A stretch of DNA of 63,917 bases, the filler included, from Octopus bimaculoides (lineage: Eukaryota), in assembly GCF_001194135.2 (NCBI RefSeq). It is 5 parts of 5 records of this genome, joined end to end, with 100 filler letters (N's around TTAATTAATTAA, not from the genome) between each part and the next. Parts side by side here need not be neighbours in the genome. Positions count along the whole stretch, not along the records: positions 1 to 16,374 come from NC_068983.1; positions 16,475 to 24,865 come from NC_068993.1; positions 24,966 to 55,309 come from NC_068991.1; 2 more parts are not named here. One strand, given 5' to 3'. A program made the position numbers and the translations under genes. The notes beneath the pieces are model-generated. The model searched no databases, was not told the DNA's origin, and worked only from the letters and a program-made list of their open reading frames with translations. Below are positions 14,364 to 26,345 of this stretch, piece by piece (within the stretch, counting starts at the first letter, position 1; every line of letters begins with the position of its first letter).

Positions 14364-16126
14364 GAGGCAAATAAAGAGATAGATAGACATACATACAGAC
14401 AGAAAGAGACCCTCATCAGTTTAGTTAGAGAGTAAACATAGATACAAGGGATAAATATCAAAAACAAAAATAGAGAATGATATGCTCTATGGTTCAGTTA
14501 TTTTACGATATATTCTGTGACTTGATTAGTGTATTTATTTAACTACAGTTCTATGTGCATCAAACACTAGAGACCAATCAAATATCGCGAAAAAAATTAT
14601 ACATCCGCTTAAGCATAAACCTCACTAGTTTATACAGAAATCAAGCAAATTCCAAATGGATTACCTGTCTGTTTGTGAATCATGGTTTTTAGTCATACGT
14701 CTAGACATACATACATACATGTATATATATATATATATATNNNNNNNNNNNNNNNNNNNNNNNNNNNNNNNNNNNNNNNNNNNNNNNNNNNNNNNNNNNN
14801 NNNNNNNNNNNNNNNNNNNNNNNNNNNNNNNNNNNNNNNNNNNNNNNNNNNNNNNNNNNNNNNNNNNNNNNNNNNNNNNNNNNNNNNNNNNNNNNNNNNN
14901 NNNNNNNNNNNNNNNNNNNNNNNNNNNNNNNNNNNNNNNNNNNNNNNNNNNNNNNNNNNNNNNNNNNNNNNNNNNNNNNNNNNNNNNNNNNNNNNNNNNN
15001 NNNNNNNNNNNNNNNNNNNNNNNNNNNNNNNNNNNNNNNNNNNNNNNNNNNNNNNNNNNNNNNNNNNNNNNNNNNNNNNNNNNNNNNNNNNNNNNNNNNN
15101 NNNNNNNNNNNNNNNNNNNNNNNNNNNNNNNNNNNNNNNNNNNNNNNNNNNNNNNNNNNNNNNNNNNNNNNNNNNNNNNNNNNNNNNNNNNNNNNNNNNN
15201 NNNNNNNNNNNNNNNNNNNNNNNNNNNNNNNNNNNNNNNNNNNNNNNNNNNNNNNNNNNNNNNNNNNNNNNNNNNNNNNNNNNNNNNNNNNNNNNNNNNN
15301 NNNNNNNNNNNNNNNNNNNNNNNNNNNNNNNNNNNNNNNNNNNNNNNNNNNNNNNNNNNNNNNNNNNNNNNNNNNNNNNNNNNNNNNNNNNNNNNNNNNN
15401 NNNNNNNNNNNNNNNNNNNNNNNNNNNNNNNNNNNNNNNNNNNNNNNNNNNNNNNNNNTATATATATATATATATATGTATATGTACGTATGTATGTACA
15501 TAGCCATGGGTTCCTCCGTGTTTGTGAGCAGTATCTGCATGTTTATGCATTATAAAGTCTATATACGAGTGTCTGCCTCTGTGTGTGTCAATATTCGTTT
15601 GCTCATGGAATGTGTAAGTGTGTTTTAAATTAAATTTATTCCATAGAAGCTAGTAGACTTCGAATTTGATTGTAAATAGGATGACTGAGTCATTCCTGCT
15701 AATGTTTCATTGTTAATCAAATTTGTTCTCCCTGATTCTCTTTTTCTTCGACCGTTTGCATATCTCTTTCTACTTCCAAGTGCGTAACTGTTTTGTTTCG
15801 CCTTTTTTCCCTCTACCACTCAGTATTATGGTTTTATTTATATATTTCTCACATACAGGCAAACGCAGATACAGTCCCGCATACGCAGTCGCATAAGCAT
15901 ACTAGGACTTCAATCGATATATTTCGATACGCCATTTCTTTTTTTAAAATAATGATTTCAATGACTGCGTAATACAGATTAGACAATATTTTCCCCTCAT
16001 TTCAAGTGTAATTTAACCTTTCTGTTATATACATATATATATGTGTGTATTTCTGTGTGTGTACGCATAAACTGCATATATAGTTGTATGCATGCACGCA
16101 TGTGTCAATGTATGTATGTATGTATG

Positions 16127-16163
<37 letters not shown>

Positions 16164-16374
16164 GTATGCATTATGTGTGCGTGTTTGTGTGTATGTGTGT
16201 ATGTATGTGTGTATACGTATACATGTATGGATGGATTTCCTCTTCACTCTTAGCAATGACTTACTAACCTCATTAGATAAATAGCACCAATTACGTTATA
16301 GTTTAGTGCATATCATTGAAGAATCATAGCTCTCACTTTCAATGAATTTCATTGCTCAATACTTAAGTCTCCAT

Positions 16375-16474
16375 NNNNNNNNNNNNNNNNNNNNNNNNNN
16401 NNNNNNNNNNNNNNNNNNTTAATTAATTAANNNNNNNNNNNNNNNNNNNNNNNNNNNNNNNNNNNNNNNNNNNN
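16375..16474. other. artificial contig/scaffold spacer 44N-TTAATTAATTAA-44N
   Basis: exactly 100 bp; identical construct occurs four times; the 12-mer has stops in all six frames. Confidence 0.95.
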
Positions 16475-16514
<40 letters not shown>

Positions 16515-16525
16515 AATTCTCTCTC

Positions 16526-16570
<45 letters not shown>

Positions 16571-17748
16571 GTATACAGATTTGTGTGTATATGTGTTTCT
16601 TCTTCTAAGAATTCATTTTGTTGTTTCAGTGGATTTTTTTTCTTTTCCATTTTTCTCGGTTTTATTTTATTTTATTGCTTTTTAACAAATTTCATTCCCA
16701 ACAATTTGTTTCATCATCTCGCTTTGAACGGCAGCAGTATATTATTTTCAGCTGCCAATCTTCTAGTCTTTCTTTTTTTTTAGGACTATAGCACTATTTA
16801 TGAGGATGTTACTGTTTTTGTTGTCGTTTGTTTTGTCGTTGTTGTTGACGCTCTTGCAGTTGTTGTTGTACAGTTGGTAGAAATGATCGCTCTTGTTATA
16901 GTATAGTTGGAGTGATAACAATACCAATAGCGGTAGTGGTGACTAACTGTTTACGTAATAGTAAGGAAGTTGTTTGCTGGTAGTAGTATGTGAACGATGA
17001 CAATGATGATGACGACGACGATGAGGAGGGAGAGGAGGAGGACAGCGTAGGAGGAGTACGGCGTTGTGTGCGAACGAAGGCAAAATAGATGACAATCTTA
17101 GATTGGTATATATGAATATGCGTACGCTTGTGCGCACGCATGTGCTCAAGCACACGCACATACACACATATATTTCTGTAGACAGCGAATTTCATAGACA
17201 ATCAGGCGCATACATATATGTATAAAGAAACAGAAAGATAGACGGACAGACAGACACACATACATGGACGTATTGACGTATGCATGGAATNNNNNNNNNN
17301 NNNNNNNNNNNNNNNNNNNNNNNNNNNNNNNNNNNNNNNNNNNNNNNNNNNNNNNNNNNNNNNNNNNNNNNNNNNNNNNNNNNNNNNNNNNNNNNNNNNN
17401 NNNNNNNNNNNNNNNNNNNNNNNNNNNNNNNNNNNNNNNNNNNNNNNNNNNNNNNNNNNNNNNNNNNNNNNNNNNNNNNNNNNNNNNNNNNNNNNNNNNN
17501 NNNNNNNNNNNNNNNNNNNNNNNNNNNNNNNNNNNNNNNNNNNNNNNNNNNNNNNNNNNNNNNNNNNNNNNNNNNNNNNNNNNNNNNNNNNNNNNNNNNN
17601 NNNNNNNNNNNNNNNNNNNNNNNNNNNNNNNNNNNNNNNNNNNNNNNNNNNNNNNNNNNNNNNNNNNNNNNNNNNNNNNNNNNNNNNNNNNNNNNNNNNN
17701 NNNNNNNNAGACGGAATACCGCTAAGCATTTTGCCTGGCGTGCTAACA

Positions 17749-17986
17749 TTTCTTATTTCTTTATTGCCCACAAGGAGCTAAACGTAGAGAGGACAAACAA
17801 GGACAGACAAAGGGATTAAGTCGATTACATCGACCCCAGTGCGTAACTGGTACTTAATTTATCGACCCCGAAAGGATGAAAGGCAAAGTAGACCTCGGCG
17901 GAATTTGAACTCAGAACGTAATAGCAGACGAAATACCGCTAAGCATTTCGCCCGGCGTGCTAACGATTCTGCCAGCTCGCCACCTT
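17749..17986 (-). mobile_element. tRNA-derived SINE family B, full length
   Basis: reverse complement: ggtggcgagctggcagaatcgttagcacgccgggcgaaatgcttagcgg...gagttcaaattccgccgagg (B box)...ctttgcctttcatcctttcggggtcgataaattaagtaccag; more than 12 copies in the window. Confidence 0.9.
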
Positions 17987-18257
17987 TGAGATGTACATTA
18001 TTATACTCACTATTTGCAGCACACGCTAACCAGTAAGCCCCATTTCTTTCACTAAGACCTCTCTTGCTATGATTCGACGATATTAAATACACCATAGAAA
18101 TTTATGCTGACAGATCCATCTCCATTAAAAGTCATTTCAGCAGTAAAAAACTAGTGGACACTAGGCTCAACGTAATTGACTTGCCCCTCCCCCGAAATTG
18201 CTGGCTTTGTGCCAAAATTTGAAATCAGTATAAAATGGTCAGTAATTTTACTAGGAG

Positions 18258-18436
18258 TGTGTTAGTTGATTACATCAACTCCAGTGTACAACTGTTACTT
18301 ATTTCTATTGACCCCAGAAGAATAAAATTCAAAGTTAACCCTGGTGCAATATGAACTCAGAACATAAAGAACCGAACTAAATGCCATTGTGTACTTTGTC
18401 CGACGTTTAAACAATTCTGTTAGCTTGTTGCCTTTT
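18258..18436 (-). mobile_element. SINE family B, old diverged copy (further fragments at ~18160-18230, 18670-18770, 19056-19100)
   Basis: alignable by eye to the 17749 copy (gattacatc...gaactcagaac...aattctgttagc). Confidence 0.65.
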
Positions 18437-19951
18437 GTTAGTAATACAATATGGAATGTCAAAACAATATTTCGACCACTAATTTTACGAGATAATTCAA
18501 ACAAAATAAAAAGTGATTAAGTTAGTGAAACACATTAGTTTCAAGATACAGAAATAAATTTATTTCTCAATCGCGTGATAATCAGGCGCATACATATATG
18601 TATAAAGAAACAGAAAGATAGACGGACAGACAGACACACATACATGGACGTATTGACGTATGCATGGAATTATGGACGGCAAAGTCGGCCCCGGCAGAAT
18701 TTGAACTCAGAGCATAAATTTGGACGAAATGCCACTAAGCATTTTGCCCATCGGGCTAACGATTCTTTTCCAGGCACAAGGCACGAAATTTTNNNNNNNN
18801 NNNNNNNNNNNNNNNNNNNNNNNNNNNNNNNNNNNNNNNNNNNNNNNNNNNNNNNNNNNNNNNNNNNNNNNNNNNNNNNNNNNNNNNNNNNNNNNNNNNN
18901 NNNNNNNNNNNNNNNNNNNNNNNNNNNNNNNNNNNNNNNNNNNNNNNNNNNNNNNNNNNNNNNNNNNNNNNNNNNNNNNNNNNNNNNNNNNNNNNNNNNN
19001 NNNNNNNNNNNNNNNNNNNNNNNNNNNNNNNNNNNNNNNNNNNNNNNNNNNNNNNAGACGGACGAAATACCGCTAAGCCTTTCGACCGGTGCGGTGACGG
19101 TTCTGAGTGAAAATATTGCACTTAAAAGATGCATTTTGAAATGTCTTACCAAAGAACCCATATAGAAATTTCTACTGCACCACGCCACCAGGGATAGTGC
19201 CACCCACTTTGACTAGCAATGGACTACATAATCTTAAGAGTATAGTGAAACGGACGGATGTTGAATAGTACAAGTTCGTTATAGAACAGTTTGGTAAACC
19301 TACATAGAAGGACAATAGTGGCAGATATTGTTTACGTTTTTTTTTTTAGAATTTTTATTTATATTTTTCTTTTCTTTTCTTTTTTTTCTTGTGGAGAGAG
19401 AGGAATTGATGTTTATTTTCTTCTCTTTTTTGATAATATATACTTCCTGTGTAATAATGATGACAAGCAGGAAAGAAAGAGTAGAAATGTAAGAATGTGA
19501 CAAGTAATAGGAACGGAAGAAACCTGCGAATGGAACAGGGAGAAGAGACTTCATTAAAATTGGTTAGAACTGCCAAGTTAAACAGAGTCTGTTCGCATTT
19601 CTCTGAAGGAAACCAATTTGTTGAAAATTAAAATGCTTTATAAAAAAAAGTATGCAACAAAATATATTTTTCTTTTCTTTATTACTTACTTCAAGGGCAA
19701 AATTATAGTGCCGCAAAAACTCAAGTATACCCCTCAAAATACACGCACACATACATACATACATACATACACGCACGCACACACACAAACACACACATAA
19801 ACACAGATATATATACGTACACAAGCGTATATATATATATATATATTAAAATACCTATGCATATCCTAAAATATATAAACGAAAATAAGTGTTCCTTTGT
19901 ATGTATATGTATATATGTATGTATGTATGCATGTATGTATGAATGTATGTA

Positions 19952-19993
<42 letters not shown>

Positions 19994-20070
19994 CACACAC
20001 ACACACACACATANNNNNNNNNNNNNNNNNNNNNNNNNNNNNNNNNNNNNNNNNNNNNNNNNNNNNNNNN

Positions 20071-20110
<40 letters not shown>

Positions 20111-20508
20111 CACTTCTCAATTACACACCATTTAAAAATATATACACGCATGTGAACGTAAATATATATATATGGGGGGGGGTATGCAATTATACATATA
20201 TAAACTTGTACAAGCATTTACATGCATATAATAAACACATACAGATGTATGAATACATAGCTCGATATGAGATGATATATAAATAAGTAGTTGTGTGTGT
20301 GTGTGTGTAAATGTGTGTGTAACTATATATATATAAATCGTAAAATATAATTGCTAACTAAATGTGGCGGTCCCATAGAGGACAAATGCTACTGTTGTTT
20401 TTTAGCCACAGGAGGACATCACCTCCAGCTGGTTAACGACACACTGTCTGTGTCCGATTAGTATTTGCGAGAGGAAATCATCGTTCTCATCTCTAACCTT
20501 ACGGGATA

Positions 20509-20553
20509 CACACAGACCCAGGTTTCGGAATGGTAGCCCGTCATCAGTGTGTG
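20509..20553 (-). ncRNA. type-I minimal hammerhead ribozyme, intact core
   Basis: minus strand: CACACA-CUGAUGA-C-GGG(CUACCAU)UCC-GAA-ACCUGGGU-C^-UGUGUG; 6-bp stem I, GUC cleavage triplet, self-complementary stem III. Confidence 0.8.
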
Positions 20554-20769
20554 ATAACTACGAGCTACTGATGATAGCTCGTTTCACACGCAAAATACTA
20601 TATGCTTTTACCAGTGACAAGATGTTGCTGATCTCGAAAAAGGAGAAATAAGCAACATTAAATCCCTGAGCGTGAAGTAAACAGTAGCAGTACGGAATCG
20701 TAAAATATAACTGCCAACCAAATGTGGCAGCCCCATAAAGTACGATGCTACCACGTTGTAGCGACGGAG

Positions 20770-20819
20770 CCAGCAGACCAGCCTGGTTTCGGGCTATTTC
20801 TGCCTCACATCAATACTGG
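20770..20819 (-). ncRNA. hammerhead ribozyme, degenerate core
   Basis: minus strand: CCAGUA-UUGAUGU-GA-GGC(AGAAAUA)GCC-C-GAA-ACCAGGCUGGU-C^-UGCUGG; stems preserved, CUGAUGA mutated. Confidence 0.6.
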
Positions 20820-20878
20820 ACACCTCTTCTGCTAGAGATGGCAGTAGCTCGCTTCTCCTCGCACTATATATAATTTCA

Positions 20879-21080
20879 AAGGTGGCATTAGCACGCCGAG
20901 TGAAATTGTTAGCGGCATTTCGTGTCTTTACGTTCTGTATTCAAATTCCTCCAACGTTGACTTTGTCTTTCATCCTTTCGGAGTCGATAAATTAAGTACC
21001 AATTTCGTACTGGGGTCGATCAAATCGACTGATCCCCTCTTCAAAACTTCGGGCCTTCTGACTAGAGCAGAAAAGAATAT
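20879..21080 (+). mobile_element. SINE family B, diverged copy
   Basis: attagcacgccgagtgaaattgttagcggcatttcg...ctttcatcctttcggagtcgataaattaagtacc. Confidence 0.8.
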
Positions 21081-21408
21081 ATATACTTTCAAGCGACGTA
21101 CAATCGCTGATTCTGCTTCAAGCAAAAATGCTAGGTCNNNNNNNNNNCCCCTCTTCAAAACTTCGGGCCTTCTGACTAGAGCAGAAAAGAATATATATAC
21201 TTTCAAGCGACGTACAATCGCTGATTCTGCTTCAAGCAAAAATGCTAGGTCTAGGGGTTAAAAAGTCGCAGTAAAGTCCGTTCGAACTGACAGCCATGTT
21301 GAAGTGGCTATGAACATTAATTGTTAGTACAACTACTGCGTTGATCTCTTAGAGAGATTTTAGAATTAGCAATTTTGCTTGTTGCAAAATCATCGGCTGT
21401 ATGTAGCT

Positions 21409-21507
21409 TGAAATTGTATGTATTGCCAACAAAAGAGAGCTACTGCCATCTCTTGCAGACGAGGTGTCCAGTACTGAACACAAGAAGGGATACCCCGAAA
21501 GCAGGCT
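21409..21507 (+). mobile_element. third, inverted partial copy of the HHR-bearing unit at 20696-20877
   Basis: gagctactgccatctcttgcagacgaggtgtccagtactgaaca...gggataccccgaaagcaggct aligns with the reverse complement of 20780-20877. Confidence 0.7.
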
Positions 21508-21735
21508 TATGTATACACACACACACACACACATATGCGTATGCATGTACGTATAGGTATGTGTGTGTGTATGTAAGTATTTATATGTGTGTGTCTATAC
21601 ATTGATGTATGTATGTTTGTATACATACCTATAACGATATATAAATCTAAAACTCCTCAATTTTTAGTCTGATAAGTGCCAACGTATGAAACTCTCGACC
21701 CTTGAATCAATCAGTTGCTTCTGATAAATATCAAT

Positions 21736-21780
<45 letters not shown>

Positions 21781-22193
21781 NNNNNNNNNNATTCATTTTT
21801 TTTTTTGTAGCTTAAAATCCCGATGAGATATTCAACAGTCTAAAGTTTCCTGCTAAAGCACTTTTTTCAAACTTTAATAAGTTTGCTAAGTTCTTTAATA
21901 CGAAACTCTACGCCCTTTAGTATCTCCTATAGCTTACTCAGCCAACAAAAACAGCGTATGTGCGTCGGTGTGTATATGTGTGGGGGCGGAGGTGAGTATG
22001 AATGTACGTATGTATGAATGTATGTGTGTTGGGAGCGGGTTGAATGGGCGAAGCCATAAAATAGTGTTTTTAAGTTATATCCTTTTCTTCAACGAATTTT
22101 TCCTTTTGCACTTTAATTATGCCAGATATTTTTCGTATACTTATGTGTTCACCATATACATACATACATACATACATACATACATACATGCAT

Positions 22194-22244
<51 letters not shown>

Positions 22245-23879
22245 NNNNNNNNNNNNNNNNNNNNNNNNNNNNNNNNNNNNNNNNNNNNNNNNNNNNNNNN
22301 NNNNNNNNNNNNNNNNNNNNNNNNNNNNNNNNNNNNNNNNNNNNNNNNNNNNNNNNNNNNNNNNNNNNNNNNNNNNNNNNNNNNNNNNNNNNNNNNNNNN
22401 NNNNNNNNNNNNNNNNNNNNNNNNNNNNNNNNNNNNNNNNNNNNNNNNNNNNNNNNNNNNNNNNNNNNNNNNNNNNNNNNNNNNNNNNNNNNNNNNNNNN
22501 NNNNNNNNNNNNNNNNNNNNNNNNNNNNNNNNNNNNNNNNNNNNNNNNNNNNNNNNNNNNNNNNNNNNNNNNNNNNNNNNNNNNNNNNNNNNNNNNNNNN
22601 NNNNNNNNNNNNNNNNNNNNNNNNNNNNNNNNNNNNNNNNNNNNNNNNNNNNNNNNNNNNNNNNNNNNNNNNNNNNNNNNNNNNNNNNNNNNNNNNNNNN
22701 NNNNNNNNNNNNNNNNNNNNNNNNNNNNNNNNNNNNNNNNNNNNNNNNNNNNNNNNNNNNNNNNNNNNNNNNNNNNNNNNNNNNNNNNNNNNNNNNNNNN
22801 NNNNNNNNNNNNNNNNNNNNNNNNNNNNNNNNNNNNNNNNNNNNNNNNNNNNNNNNNNNNNNNNNNNNNNNNNNNNNNNNNNNNNNNNNNNNNNNNNNNN
22901 NNNNNNNNNNNNNNNNNNNNNNNNNNNNNNNNNNNNNNNNNNNNNNNNNNNNNNNNNNNNNNNNNNNNNNNNNNNNNNNNNNNNNNNNNNNNNNNNNNNN
23001 NNNNNNNNNNNNNNNNNNNNNNNNNNNNNNNNNNNNNNNNNNNNNNNNNNNNNNNNNNNNNNNNNNNNNNNNNNNNNNNNNNNNNNNNNNNNNNNNNNNN
23101 NNNNNNNNNNNNNNNNNNNNNNNNNNNNNNNNNNNNNNNNNNNNNNNNNNNNNNNNATATATATATATATATATATATAAATAAACATATATGCATCTAT
23201 GTATGTATGTATTCATAATTATATTTACGTTTGTATCATAATTAAAAAAATATTCGAGCAATTCAACAAATCAAATTATTCTTGTGCAAACATCGATATA
23301 TATATACACATACAAACACTAAAAAGTACACACAAAAACACACACGCGTATACACACATACATACATACACGGCACACTCATGCACACGCGCGCAAGGAT
23401 ACACACGCATACACACAATTATACATAGGATACATAGACAGAAATACTCTGGGGACACATTTACTATCTCAGATATTGCAGCGAAAATTGATTTCCATAC
23501 AAAAAAAAAAAAATAGATAAACTAAAATTAGAACAAAAAAAAATTAGTTCAAAATCACATTTACAGCGATACTTGTATTATGTTTGGCTTCCTGGTAATG
23601 GCTGTATTTAGATAATGAATGCTCCTGCATGGCCGCAGCTTATTGCCTGGAGCAAGGAGTAATAGAAATATAGTTTTTGACCATATAAGTAGAGCCCAAG
23701 TATGAAGTCACGCTTTTGAAACTATTCGCGTGGCTGTGGACGAAGGCCTTAAATTCAAATGGTTTGAGTCATGTTTGTGGAATAAAGTTTGTCTTCTCCA
23801 TACAATTTTGTAATTTTTGTACCATGGAGAATGAACAAGCCAATATGTATCGCATATCTTACTGATAAGTTAACCATCA

Positions 23880-24665
23880 TACGAGGGTCGGCTGAAAAGT
23901 CCATCGGCTGATTAAGATACTCTCATGTAATGTAACCAAATAAGGTTTATTTTTCAATATAGTTCCCTTGCTACACACCCTTCTTCCACCGGTATTACAG
24001 TGCTTAGATTCCATTACTCTTTTACTTCATTTGACTGTGGCCATGCTGGAGCACCGACTTTAGTCGAAGAAATCGATCCCAGGACTTATTGTTTTTAAAC
24101 CTTTTTAAGACTTATTCTATCGGTCTCTTTTGCCGAACCGCTAGGTTACGGGAACGTAAACACACCAGCATCGGTTGTCAAGCGATGTTGGGGAACAAAC
24201 ATATATACACACATACACATATATATACATATACGTCTACCAAATCCACTTACAAGGCTTTAGCTGGCCCGCGGTTATAGTAGAAGGCATTCGCCCAAGA
24301 TTCTATGCAGTGGGACTGAACCCAGAACCATGTGGTTCGTAAGCAAGCTACTTACCACACAGCCACTCTTGCGCCTATAAGGGAAGAAGCTTTCATCTCG
24401 TTGGTCAGCAGCAGATACGATGTCATCATCACTGCGATACTGCTTCCCAGCCAAGTGTTTTGTCATGATGGGAAATAGATAATAGTCAGATGGGGCCACA
24501 TCAGGAGAAAAGGGTGAATGCTCAACCAGTTCAAAAGCAATCGCACACAGGAACCATTGAAATCAAGAACTTGCATGCTGGAGCATTGTCCTGATGAAAC
24601 AAAACCCATTTCGTCAGTTTTCCTGGGACTTTGGTCCTTTAGTCTTTCGTAACTGCCTCTGCCCA
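23880..24665 (-). mobile_element. mariner (DD34D-type) transposon 3' fragment, interrupted by a SINE
   Basis: TIR-like end tacgagggtcggctgaaaagt; minus-strand VLFHQDNAP...(SPD)VAPSDYYLFPIMTKHLAGKQYRSDDD with frameshifts. Confidence 0.85.
24014..24376 (-). mobile_element. SINE family A, full length, nested in mariner
   Basis: full head (aggcgcaagagtggctgtgtggtaagtagc) to tail; mariner sequence resumes on both sides. Confidence 0.9.
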
Positions 24666-24865
24666 CCTTCGTATATCATATTTTGTCAAACGTTTCTTAT
24701 ACTAAATTAGTCTCAAGCAAAATATGTAGGGTTCATGTTAGGGGTTTTCGGTTAGACAAAGGAGCATGTTGAAAGGATGAACAACAAAATGGGCTGTGAA
24801 TGATTTTACCACAATTCATATATATGTATATATGGATGTACGTATATGCATATGTAAATGTAAAT

Positions 24866-24965
24866 NNNNNNNNNNNNNNNNNNNNNNNNNNNNNNNNNNN
24901 NNNNNNNNNTTAATTAATTAANNNNNNNNNNNNNNNNNNNNNNNNNNNNNNNNNNNNNNNNNNNN
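24866..24965. other. artificial spacer 44N-TTAATTAATTAA-44N
   Basis: identical to 16375-16474. Confidence 0.95.
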
Positions 24966-25038
<73 letters not shown>

Positions 25039-25174
25039 AGTAACCTTAAGAACATCACAGCAAACCACAGCACATACCCAAGGCACACAGAGCTGCGCTC
25101 GGTAGTGAAGTGAAAGCACGTTATAAAAATAAAACTACTGAACAATAATAATAATAATAATAAAGATAACACTT

Positions 25175-25330
25175 TCTTTTGTAGACACAAGGCCTGAAAC
25201 TCTGAGGAGAGAACCTGTCGATTACATCGACGCCAGTACTCTACAGAAACTTATTTTATGGATCTCGAAAAGATGAAAGTTAGAGTCGATCTCGGCAGCA
25301 TTTGAACTTGGAACGTTAAGACGGACGACT
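25175..25330 (-). mobile_element. SINE family B, partial
   Basis: cacaaggcctgaaac...gtcgattacatcgac...gaacttggaacgttaagacggacg; lies between (AAT)n arrays. Confidence 0.7.
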
Positions 25331-25343
25331 AATAATAACAATG

Positions 25344-25415
<72 letters not shown>

Positions 25416-25470
25416 GCTTCAAATTTTGCCACAAGGGCAGCCAATTTAGGGGAGGGGATGAGTCGATTAC

Positions 25471-26026
25471 AAATGCCCGGATGCAGTACCAGGCAGTGGC
25501 TCTCATGGCTTCTGATCTTAATTGATTGGAAGTGTTATCATGTACGTTGTTTTGTCTTGGTATAAAAGATGGGCTACAGCAAATATTCTGCTCAATACCA
25601 CAGATTTGCTTGTCAGTTGTTTGACCTAAACCAATTGAGCATGTCCCTTGGTGGCTGACGATATGTGCATCTCTGATCACGAGCAGAAGTAGTGGGGGAG
25701 CATCATAGTCATGTGTTGAGAGGAATTCTTTGGGGTTTTAATAATTCACCTTTGGAAACATGGGTGTTTTGCTCAACATCCTTAAACAAACCTTATTCAG
25801 GGACCTTTTGAGCGGGATGGGCTACTCGACCGGAAGAAAATTCTAACTGGGCCCCACCTGCAAGGTCATGCGCTGTTTATCTCGATATGAGATCACCATG
25901 TCGCGCACATATGGTTGTGATGCATGTGCCTGGTGTACCCTTATCAGACGGGTAGTCATGATGGGTATATTGGTCTTCGTATATTTTACCCCAGTGTCAC
26001 TTTGATGGCATGCACTGCTCTCTCAC
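25471..26026. mobile_element. ~550-bp non-coding interspersed element (family D), copy 1
   Basis: end-to-end inverted homology with 42561-43103; fragment also at ~62672-62722; abuts (AAT)n. Confidence 0.85.
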
Positions 26027-26120
26027 ATAATAATAATAATAACAATGCGGATTTACAGTCATATCCTCAACTACTGAAGCAAAAAACATCTTTAATGTTA
26101 GGACAATATATAAAACATAT

Positions 26121-26345
26121 ATCAAGTATCTCATTTACATGCTTATAATTATAATCATCTAATTTACATTTTCATAATTACAAATATCTCATTTACATGG
26201 ACATAATTACAAACATCAAATTTGCATAGACATAATTATAAATATCTAATTGATATGGATATATTTATAAGTATCTTATTTATATGGATATATGTATTTC
26301 TAATTTATATGGGTTTATTTGGCAATATCTCACATTTATGGGTAT
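26121..26345. repeat. degenerate ~29-bp AT-rich minisatellite, about 7 units
   Basis: units such as caaatatctcatttacatggacataatta / caaacatcaaatttgcatagacataatta / taaatatctaattgatatggatatattta. Confidence 0.75.

Larger units (their letters stand above)
20336..20877 (-). mobile_element. two tandem diverged units of a small non-coding HHR-bearing element (retrozyme/PLE-pLTR-like)
   Basis: direct repeat aatcgtaaaatataa(t/c)tgc...atgctac at 20336 and 20696 (about 9 differences in 57 bp); each unit carries an HHR motif and a gcta...tagc hairpin. Confidence 0.7.

Noticed and set aside
15625-15819. Minus ORF with RKR-YAN-GRRKR, resembling a neuropeptide precursor
   Set aside because: No ATG or signal peptide, no acceptor, and the basic residues come from a pyrimidine tract on the opposite strand.
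17200-18670. Identical 91-bp segment at 17200-17290 and 18580-18670
   Set aside because: The first copy ends at a gap edge; most likely a contig-overlap or haplotype assembly artefact.
21034-21257. Exact ~100-bp tandem duplication around a 10-N gap (also 62891-63020)
   Set aside because: Typical unmerged contig overlap, not a biological repeat.
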